The notes under the pieces are model-generated. The model ran no database searches. It saw nothing but the letters and a program-made list of their open reading frames with translations, and was not told where the DNA came from. This document shows positions 21,774 through 29,261 of a stretch of 60,520 bases of DNA, piece after piece (the first letter of the stretch is position 1; every line of letters begins with the position of its first letter). This stretch comes from a virus (taxonomy: Duplodnaviria; Caudoviricetes), in the IMG/VR virus record IMGVR_UViG_3300001683_000034, positions 1 to 60,520 of that record, one strand, 5' to 3'. The position numbers were made by a program, and so were the translations under genes.

Positions 21774-22448
21774 CTACTCCGTAGATTCTGCTGAGTTCCA
21801 ACCTTCAGGTGGCTGTGGTACACGATAGGAGCCCGGCATCATCTTTCCTGGAATTCCCCTGTTCATCTGTTTCTTCTGCTTTCTTACTTCTTTCGCGACT
21901 TCCTTTTGAGCATACTCTTCATCTAGAAACATTCTTAGATCTATTGGTTGCTCTAACGAAGTCTCTGCAATAGCAAAGAGTCTAGTCAATTCGGACAGTG
22001 TCATATCCTCTAACTCACATGGTTTAACGGCATGAAAATGCCTGGTTATTACAGTCATCATCACTGAGTCCAAGGAGTTAATTGCTATTCTGGCATCGTT
22101 GAAATACTCTGCTATCTCTTCATTAGAGCTAAATCCCGATATATCTATTATACATTTACTAAGCATCTCAAAACACATACATGGTAGATTATAAAGTGGG
22201 TTTTTATCTATATCAATCCAGTTAAACTCTGGCCAGATTATGCAGGATTGGAGTATCTGCTCTGTAGGGTCGCATTCTAAATTGATGTCTTGCTGTAGGA
22301 ATAAAAACTCCTGGCGAGTCATAGGTCTAATCAATATGTTAGACACCTTAGACTCACCAGGCTGACCAGAGAGATCAATTAGGAAGATTTCTTTATAGGT
22401 TCTCCTTAACCCGGGTATTTCTTTTTTAAGTCGTGGATCAAGAAACAC
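21774..22448 (-). CDS. Putative tail assembly chaperone 2
   Basis: LIRPMTRQEF..CIIWP..IIDISGF pattern is paralogous to the upstream gene. Sits before the tape-measure-like gene. Confidence 0.55.
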   Translation of the reverse strand: MFLDPRLKKEIPGLRRTYKEIFLIDLSGQPGESKVSNILIRPMTRQEFLFLQQDINLECDPTEQILQSCIIWPEFNWIDIDKNPLYNLPCMCFEMLSKCIIDISGFSSNEEIAEYFNDARIAINSLDSVMMTVITRHFHAVKPCELEDMTLSELTRLFAIAETSLEQPIDLRMFLDEEYAQKEVAKEVRKQKKQMNRGIPGKMMPGSYRVPQPPEGWNSAESTE

Positions 22449-22451
22449 ATC

Positions 22452-22931
22452 TTAAACCTTAATTGGAGTAGGCGCACTTTGATATCCCGAGATTGCGAGA
22501 ATAGAATCATGTAGTGTAGTAGCTACACCTGAAGCTCTATTCCTTATATCATCTAATTCTAGTGCAGGATGAATAGTACCCTGGGAAGCAATAGCTTCTT
22601 CACTCATCATGTTGAGCGTAGCTCTTACTCCTTCAGGATTAGCCGAGTCTGCTGAAGCATCTACTTCCTTAGCCATAGCTTCGGCCTGCGTCTGAACTAG
22701 ATTACGGTACTCTCGACGATTCAAGCTCCTAATGATAAACCACTCATCGGCGCAATTGACAACATTGACATTGCTAAACTGCTTTTTAGAAGCCTGTATA
22801 ATCGAGATAAATTTTTCATCCCACTCAAGCTCCTTGGCTTGTTGCCAAGTAATATCTAAGCCTGGAATCTTCTCGTCCATATTTTTGAGCTTGGGTTCAG
22901 CCTTACTCTTTTTCTCTGCTACAGTTTCCAA
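22452..22931 (-). CDS. Putative tail assembly chaperone 1
   Basis: FIIRSLNRREYR..TIHP..GVATTLHDSILAISGY. GGAG RBS upstream of a TTG start. Lies after the tube genes. Confidence 0.6.
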   Translation of the reverse strand: METVAEKKSKAEPKLKNMDEKIPGLDITWQQAKELEWDEKFISIIQASKKQFSNVNVVNCADEWFIIRSLNRREYRNLVQTQAEAMAKEVDASADSANPEGVRATLNMMSEEAIASQGTIHPALELDDIRNRASGVATTLHDSILAISGYQSAPTPIKV

Positions 22932-22945
22932 CGTTTCTCCTTAAT

Positions 22946-23707
22946 CTAAGAGGTTACCTTACTACTAACTGCTTCATCCGCCAAAGGACTATTAGACATT
23001 CTACGTGCTGAAACCTGCTTTTCAAGTACTTCTTTGGCAAAAAAGCTATAGATTTCATAAATAGGAGATCCAGAAGAAGATACGTCTCCACCACCAGTGG
23101 CAGAAGCAGATATCACTTGAGATTGGCCGACTATATATGCATCTTTAATAGTAGTTTCTATATGCTCTTCCATCATTATATCGCCATATGCTACAAGTAT
23201 ATCAAATGTACGTTTTTGCTTATAGGCTTCTGTCGCTTCATTAGATGGGTATGAGCCATAATGTCCTTTGTGCCACTCCTTAAGTACATCGTTGTGGCCA
23301 TATTTGGCTAACCACGATCTGTGCGTAGTAGTTGTTCCTAAGCTATTATCCCCATAATCTTTGGCAGCTACTTGAGCTAGCCATTTTACTCTTCCTATTC
23401 CATCTAAGGACAAGAACTCTTGCATCTCATTAACTTCTTCTCTGTCGTCTATCGGATTTTGATTACGAGTAAACTCAGATATAGCTGTAGCTAAATATCC
23501 AGGATATTTATAATTTATAACTAACCTTCCTGTAACTATCTTTCTACCATTGCTAACTGCAGAGAAAGTATCATCAGCCCAACCGTATAGAGGAGTCTTA
23601 GAATCCCTTGCATCCCAATCGACTCTGAACGCATCAGATAGCCTATATCCACCGATGTATATACCAACGTTACAGGGAGTATAATACCGTTTACCTACAT
23701 CCGCCAT
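22946..23707 (-). CDS. Tail tube-like protein (tube initiator/paralogue 3)
   Basis: KTPLYGW..FSAVSNGRKIVTGRLVIN and a C-terminal YSFFAK match the tube pattern of 24655..25326. Confidence 0.6.
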   Translation of the reverse strand: MADVGKRYYTPCNVGIYIGGYRLSDAFRVDWDARDSKTPLYGWADDTFSAVSNGRKIVTGRLVINYKYPGYLATAISEFTRNQNPIDDREEVNEMQEFLSLDGIGRVKWLAQVAAKDYGDNSLGTTTTHRSWLAKYGHNDVLKEWHKGHYGSYPSNEATEAYKQKRTFDILVAYGDIMMEEHIETTIKDAYIVGQSQVISASATGGGDVSSSGSPIYEIYSFFAKEVLEKQVSARRMSNSPLADEAVSSKVTS

Positions 23708-23726
23708 CTCTCGCCTCTCTCGTCAT

Positions 23727-24590
23727 CTAATGCTGTATGCCAAAAGAATAGTTATCCGTCCACCAGTCAGATCGAATACCTCCGGGCTGCCAGTTCTTAG
23801 CATAATTGGATCGATGTCCACGATTGGACAGAATATTGTCAGTAACGAGCTCACCTAGATCAGCACCAGCCTCACTGGCTAGTGCATGCATCTTCATTAC
23901 ATGGTTTCTGAGTATCTTCTTATCGCTTTCCCAGCTTGAGGCCGATAGCGGAAAATATTGCTCAGCTACGTATGTATAAGTAGACTCTGTATATATATCA
24001 TCTATAGAGAACGTGGTGCCGAAATTAGTCAGTGTGATGTTTGTAAGCAATGCGCTCGACATACCTCCAAGCTCGTTAGAGGCCTGAAGGACCATGCTGA
24101 ACTTTGGCATTTGGTCAACGAATAGCGTTGGTTCTTTCATTGGCTCTCCATCTGTATAAGATTTAGATAGCATATTAATAAATGCGTCTCTGAGGCCAGA
24201 CGTGAATACCATTGATCCAGCTATAGTCCTAGACCCACGAGCATAAGCGACCGGATTCGTTTCTCCTAATCGCCTCACTGGCATGACGCTTCTTGCAGAA
24301 GAAACCGTCAGGGTCTGTATTTTTTCCTCAATTTCTGAATACCCTGGATCAATTGTAGTTTCATTATAAACAGTTGGAATAGTTATTAAACATAATATAT
24401 CAGATCCAGCATAAGATATTGCTTGTCTCTGAACAACTGGATTTGTTCCCTTTGCGGCTATGTTAGATGCAGTTGCAGCTAATCGCTTTACGCGTAAAGC
24501 CTCATCCGCTTTAATCTTTATATCTTGAGAAATTGCATATCTTTTTATAAGAGCTTCAATGCCGTCTGGAAGGGGTGTACTTAAAGACAT
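23727..24590 (-). CDS. Tail tube-like protein (paralogue 2)
   Basis: SYAGSDI..LGETNPVAYARGSRTIAGSMVF..DQMPKF..ASNELG..FSIDDIYTESTYTYVA is clearly paralogous to 24655..25326. Confidence 0.7.
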   Translation of the reverse strand: MSLSTPLPDGIEALIKRYAISQDIKIKADEALRVKRLAATASNIAAKGTNPVVQRQAISYAGSDILCLITIPTVYNETTIDPGYSEIEEKIQTLTVSSARSVMPVRRLGETNPVAYARGSRTIAGSMVFTSGLRDAFINMLSKSYTDGEPMKEPTLFVDQMPKFSMVLQASNELGGMSSALLTNITLTNFGTTFSIDDIYTESTYTYVAEQYFPLSASSWESDKKILRNHVMKMHALASEAGADLGELVTDNILSNRGHRSNYAKNWQPGGIRSDWWTDNYSFGIQH

Positions 24591-24601
24591 AGTTAAAATT
24601 A

Positions 24602-24630
24602 GGGAGAGGTCGGATTAACCAACCTCTCCC
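24602..24630 (-). terminator. Stem-loop (terminator/attenuator) after the major tube gene
   Basis: Minus strand GGGAGAGGTTGG-TTAAT-CCGACCTCTCCC followed by TAATTTT, intergenic. Confidence 0.65.
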
Positions 24631-24654
24631 CCACCTCTCAGTTCTAAAGCTTAG

Positions 24655-25326
24655 TTAACCAGTAGGAGTCTTTGAATTATCGACTGCTTTATCGAACCTG
24701 AGATTTGCTTGTGCGAACCAAGGCTCGACCTCTGTTGCGACGAACGTGCAGCTTTCATCTGTAGTGATATCGTCGATAGACATTCCGCTACCTGCATTCA
24801 TTATCTCAACATTCTTAATCTGCATTCTGCACACATGTCCGTACTCGTTAGCAGCAGATATAGTAATGTTAAATGGTGGCAATTGGTCATGATATGTCGC
24901 GCCAACAGACTCTAAATCTAGGAAGTTTCTTAGGGCAACCACGTCATTGGGGTTATCTGCTGATTTGGTTCCTAATTCTGCATCCATTAAATTAGTTTTA
25001 CCTACACGATCCATAGCACCCATCTGCGACCTGGTTAACTCAGTCTTCTTCATTATGACCCTAGATTCACCAGTTGTATCTTGTCGAGAGATGTCTAGCA
25101 GGGCTGATCTATCAAAGACAAGAAAGATTAGTGATCCTGCGATCCCTCGTTTGCCCCTAGAGAAGGAGCGCGGGTTTGCGGATCCCATCGTATAAAGCGG
25201 CGCTTTCTCCCTTGTAACTGTGTAAGAGACTCCTTGAACCTCTCCTACTGTCACATTTCCGAACGTAACAATCATGTCAACACCGCTAAATGAGTTATAC
25301 GTTTGTGTTACTGCTGATCCTGGCAT
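24655..25326 (-). CDS. Major tail tube protein
   Basis: SFSGVDM..EVQGVSYTVTREKAPLYTMGSANPRSFSRGKRGIAGSLIF..DQLPPFNITI..ANEYG..GMSIDD. Immediately follows the sheath gene. Confidence 0.8.
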   Translation of the reverse strand: MPGSAVTQTYNSFSGVDMIVTFGNVTVGEVQGVSYTVTREKAPLYTMGSANPRSFSRGKRGIAGSLIFLVFDRSALLDISRQDTTGESRVIMKKTELTRSQMGAMDRVGKTNLMDAELGTKSADNPNDVVALRNFLDLESVGATYHDQLPPFNITISAANEYGHVCRMQIKNVEIMNAGSGMSIDDITTDESCTFVATEVEPWFAQANLRFDKAVDNSKTPTG

Positions 25327-26876
25327 TATCCTATCCCCTCTCCCTTAGCTAAAGATATCGTAGTATTAATCGTAACCAATTCAAAGGCAGGTACCATACT
25401 CAAGTCAATTGTCACTTCTCCTAGAACCTGCTGATCTGGAGTAGATGATATCGCGAAGTCGTAAGACTTTATTGCACCTCTCTTTAGTGCTCTCTGAAGA
25501 TTTGTATCTATCGCACCTTCTAGCGCTGCGAGGAACGGTCCACTAATTGGTTTACCGATAAACGCTTCACCGGCATCTCTTACTATTTCGCCCATAGCCT
25601 GAGTCGTTCTCATCGTAGTCACTCTAGTATAATCGGATCTCGAGTTGATTCCAGCATTAAATGCTCCAGTTATCCCAGAAGTAATTACATAGCCAGCTGC
25701 TTTTTGAAGCAGCGCTACTATTCTGTGTTGGAGTAATGTCTTGGCTTGAGCTCCACTAATGGTCCTAGTCTGCCCGAGACCAGCAAGAGGCCTATTCGTT
25801 ACACCTATGTGGGGTTGAACTGCAGTAAGCATTCCAGCGTATGAAGCCGCACCATTGCTGTTTACATAGGAAACCGTACCAGCGCTTTTTCCTACAGCAA
25901 ACTTCTTCGCCTCAGTGCCGAACGCTCTGGCTAGTCCTCCGACTACACTAACGTATGCACCGGCGTCAATAGCGTTACCATCGCCGTCGATAGCAATAGT
26001 AGTATCAGTATTATTCGGCTGCATTTTGCTGATATAGTCTGTGTGAGGGGTAGATGCATCAAGGGGGTTTAGAATTGATCCATGGAGATACTTATTCCAG
26101 GTAGAGGAAGTGAATGGTGCACCAGCATAGCTCTCAGCAACACCACTGTATGTAGCAAGGTCTCCAGTCTCATGTGTAAGATACTTCACATATTCATCGA
26201 CAAGAGTAAGACTAGGTGTCATGAACCAAGCGCCTGTGACTGTATCGAACGCATCAACCTTGACAGCTGCGCCATCTTTCCATCCAAGTTGTTTGGCTAC
26301 CTGTCCTAGGGGAGTAGTACCAATAACTCCAAATGCGCTATTGCTTTCTTTTGTTAACTGATAGCAAAACTCTCCGAGTTGAGCAACAAAGCTCTTATCT
26401 GTGCCAAGTAAATCTCCACCAAGAGTCACTGCATCACCAGTGAAACATCCGTCCGCATATGCTCCTGCGACATACACGATATCTACTTCATGATGCTGGA
26501 GCTTACTGTAAGTAGTTGCGAGCGTAGCATATAGATCTGTGGCGTAAGTGCCACTAACAGACCCACTGAATGGTGTGGCGGTACTGGTATCGGTTACTAC
26601 TACTTCGATATTAGTAGCCCCGGCGCCTATCGCCTCTTCTACCGCAAGAGTGAGTTCAGATGGCGAACCATCATCATTCCTTAAATTACGCATAGCCACA
26701 CCGATATTATCTATCAGTAATGGCTCGTTCAATGGGATTAATCCGCCAGTATCTTTAAAACCACCAATAATAGTTAACTTGGGTCCAGGATTAGGCGGAG
26801 CAATCCTGAGTCCAAAATCATTGATAGTAACATTGACAGTTGGTAGACTGTCACTATTCGTAATTCCACTTACCAT
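25326..26876 (-). CDS. Tail sheath protein
   Basis: 516 aa. C-terminal sheath signature SDYTRVTTMRT..FIGKP..GAIKSYDF..IDLSMVPAFELVTINTTI. GGAGG RBS. Confidence 0.85.
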   Translation of the reverse strand: MVSGITNSDSLPTVNVTINDFGLRIAPPNPGPKLTIIGGFKDTGGLIPLNEPLLIDNIGVAMRNLRNDDGSPSELTLAVEEAIGAGATNIEVVVTDTSTATPFSGSVSGTYATDLYATLATTYSKLQHHEVDIVYVAGAYADGCFTGDAVTLGGDLLGTDKSFVAQLGEFCYQLTKESNSAFGVIGTTPLGQVAKQLGWKDGAAVKVDAFDTVTGAWFMTPSLTLVDEYVKYLTHETGDLATYSGVAESYAGAPFTSSTWNKYLHGSILNPLDASTPHTDYISKMQPNNTDTTIAIDGDGNAIDAGAYVSVVGGLARAFGTEAKKFAVGKSAGTVSYVNSNGAASYAGMLTAVQPHIGVTNRPLAGLGQTRTISGAQAKTLLQHRIVALLQKAAGYVITSGITGAFNAGINSRSDYTRVTTMRTTQAMGEIVRDAGEAFIGKPISGPFLAALEGAIDTNLQRALKRGAIKSYDFAISSTPDQQVLGEVTIDLSMVPAFELVTINTTISLAKGEGIG

Positions 26877-26891
26877 TTTTTCTTACCTCCA

Positions 26892-28079
26892 TTAACCTGT
26901 ATCTGTAAATCTCTGGTCTATTACGCTGTAGTCTCCATGCAAGTAATTTCCACTTGCGTCATGAAATGCATCAAAAATTGTTGCAAACCTATCTCCGAAT
27001 GGCCCCATCACACTACCTGCTGCTTCTGGACTTTGGCCAGTAGGAGGACTAACTGCACTGTCGCTCCAAGCTACTCTGCTCGACAAATTTATAGAAGTTA
27101 CATTATGAATGACTTCTACTGTGTGTTCTTCAGTTCTAAAATACCACTCTACGGTGTATCCTACTATGTCGTCTCGCCACACCTTAACTTTTTGGTCCGC
27201 TCGTCTCTGCCAATACAGTAGCTCTTGGACACCATTCTTTTTCAGAACCCAAGCATACTTATATAAGAAATCGTTAAACCAAGCTATTAGCTTTTCGGCA
27301 CCAAAATGAGTGCTACTGTAACAAGTAAATCTTAATATATTATCGTACCATTGTCCACGTACCTGGATCGAGTAGTTTTGTGGGTCGTCAGGATGCTTAT
27401 AGATTTCTCTAATTCTAGGCTTAATTTCTTTCATCATGTCAAATGGTCTCTTGCCTACAGTCCCAGGCTCTTGCCGCATGAGCTCTACCGATATCGTTGG
27501 AGTAAACGGCTCAGCCTGAGAGACCCCTATGTCTCCCGAGCTATCTGACATGTCTGTGCCAGGCGTGTCTGGGTAAGCATGTAAGAACTTTACAAGTTTA
27601 GCAGTTTCCGCCCCTATCCCATCTGGGTTGATAAACTCTAGCTTATCACTACCCTTTGGCCCAGTAATCCCTGTCTCGAGAAGGACTGCTCCATAGAACC
27701 TATTGTCTGGCGTTTTGGGTACATATTTAACTGTGTATATTTCTGATGTATTTATATTTCGTAGCTTATCCCCAAATTTAGGCTCTACTATCATGAATGG
27801 GAATACAATTAAAAATGGATTTTTCTTAGAAACAGTAAAATACATCTGATATTTAGGCAGCAATTTACCTATCATATCATATATATCTTGCACATTTGCA
27901 GATCTGTCAGCCATAGACCTAGGCGGTCTAAGGAAGTCTTCTTTCTCAGTAATACCAAGTATTATATTTCTTGCTATAGGGGAAGTATTAAAATACTGTA
28001 GTGTTAGTTCGTCAAAATCCTCAAGGATAGGATCGCCGGACTTATCATTTCTAATTGACATTCCACACACTCTCTTCAC
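26892..28079 (-). CDS. Putative neck/tail-completion protein
   Basis: 395 aa, upstream of the sheath. IKPRIRE..GQWYDNILRFTCYS..AEKLIAWFNDFL is a tail-terminator-like segment. Start may be the internal MSIRNDK. Confidence 0.5.
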   Translation of the reverse strand: MKRVCGMSIRNDKSGDPILEDFDELTLQYFNTSPIARNIILGITEKEDFLRPPRSMADRSANVQDIYDMIGKLLPKYQMYFTVSKKNPFLIVFPFMIVEPKFGDKLRNINTSEIYTVKYVPKTPDNRFYGAVLLETGITGPKGSDKLEFINPDGIGAETAKLVKFLHAYPDTPGTDMSDSSGDIGVSQAEPFTPTISVELMRQEPGTVGKRPFDMMKEIKPRIREIYKHPDDPQNYSIQVRGQWYDNILRFTCYSSTHFGAEKLIAWFNDFLYKYAWVLKKNGVQELLYWQRRADQKVKVWRDDIVGYTVEWYFRTEEHTVEVIHNVTSINLSSRVAWSDSAVSPPTGQSPEAAGSVMGPFGDRFATIFDAFHDASGNYLHGDYSVIDQRFTDTG

Positions 28080-28536
28080 ATAAACACCTGTAGTATATTA
28101 TTTTACCATTAATTCCACGCTGCTCACTCACATCCTGTATGTCGTAGTACTTAGTTATCTTGAAGGGCTTTATCGGCTCCAATGTAGCTTCGTCTATAGC
28201 TAACTCTACTATCCAATCTAGTTCCCTTGGGTTCATGCTATACCTGAGATAAAAGATATATTTGGGTACAGTTATTAATCCTATTGGAGTCCCTAGTTCA
28301 TCAGATCCACCTGATATTCCTACAGGGCTCTTCCTGGCCTTAGTAATGTGATCTGTATATGTATGTCCAGACGTGGTCGTATCTGGTGCAGCAGTCAAGC
28401 CTTCACCAGTAGGACTGTCTACATTGGGAGAGTTAGGGCTAAGCAGCACTTTTCTAAGCGCGATCCAGTACCCATTCTCTTTTACAAACTTCTCAAACTC
28501 TAATCTCATTTGAGTCATGATTATCCATCTCCCCAT
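28051..28536 (-). CDS. Putative head-closure/neck protein
   Basis: 161 aa, YIFYLRYSMNPRELDWIVEL..RGINGKIIYYRC, located in the neck region. Confidence 0.5.
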   Translation of the reverse strand: MGRWIIMTQMRLEFEKFVKENGYWIALRKVLLSPNSPNVDSPTGEGLTAAPDTTTSGHTYTDHITKARKSPVGISGGSDELGTPIGLITVPKYIFYLRYSMNPRELDWIVELAIDEATLEPIKPFKITKYYDIQDVSEQRGINGKIIYYRCLCEESVWNVN

Positions 28537-29261
28537 AGATTATCGCTAGCATGCGTACCACCTATTTTATCAGACGCTGGCCTAGATATCTGTGTGTCGG
28601 TCGCCGATATCCTGGGATCTTTGTCGGATATAGCACCTTGGGATACACTGTCTTTTAGTGCAGGAACCAGCCTAACCGTTACGTCCAGACTTGAACTGAT
28701 AACAGAATCCAGGAAGATACGAGCGCTTTCAGCAAAGTCCAGAGAGATTGCTGCGCTGGATAGCGCACTAGACACTACATTGCCAACAATGGGAACTATC
28801 AGTCTGGCAGAAGTAACTCCTTCCGAAGAAACCGATCCAGATAAGAGTATAACTTTCTCTGCCCCAGCTATGATTATAGTTTCCCCAGAAATCTGTCCAG
28901 ATAGATCACTACTGAGCGATAGAGAAGCTGAAGTTACACTAGAGCCTACAGTCTCTGCAGATAGAACCTTGTCTCCTGCTATAGACATGCTTGAAGAAAC
29001 AGTACATTCTCCAACAGCAGTTCCGGAAACACTTGATACAGTAGAAATAGTAGCAGTGCTAATTGCACTTCCCGTTGCAGCTGCAGATACACCGTGGACC
29101 AGGAGTGTATCGGCCTCAGCTATAGCCTGACTTGATACAGCTGATTCTAATCCTACACCTAACTGCTGTTCTGAAGTAGCCACTGACTCACTTGAGATAG
29201 ATCCGGAAACATAAGTCGCTACGCTAGTAGAACTAGTAGAAACAGATACTAACGCTACCAA
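28521..29261 (-). CDS. Ser/Thr/Val-rich repeat protein, probable C-terminal part of 29233..31746
   Basis: Same composition and repeat style as the upstream ORF. 29-nt overlap in another frame and a TTG start with no evident RBS. Confidence 0.5.
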   Translation of the reverse strand: MVALVSVSTSSTSVATYVSGSISSESVATSEQQLGVGLESAVSSQAIAEADTLLVHGVSAAATGSAISTATISTVSSVSGTAVGECTVSSSMSIAGDKVLSAETVGSSVTSASLSLSSDLSGQISGETIIIAGAEKVILLSGSVSSEGVTSARLIVPIVGNVVSSALSSAAISLDFAESARIFLDSVISSSLDVTVRLVPALKDSVSQGAISDKDPRISATDTQISRPASDKIGGTHASDNLWGDG

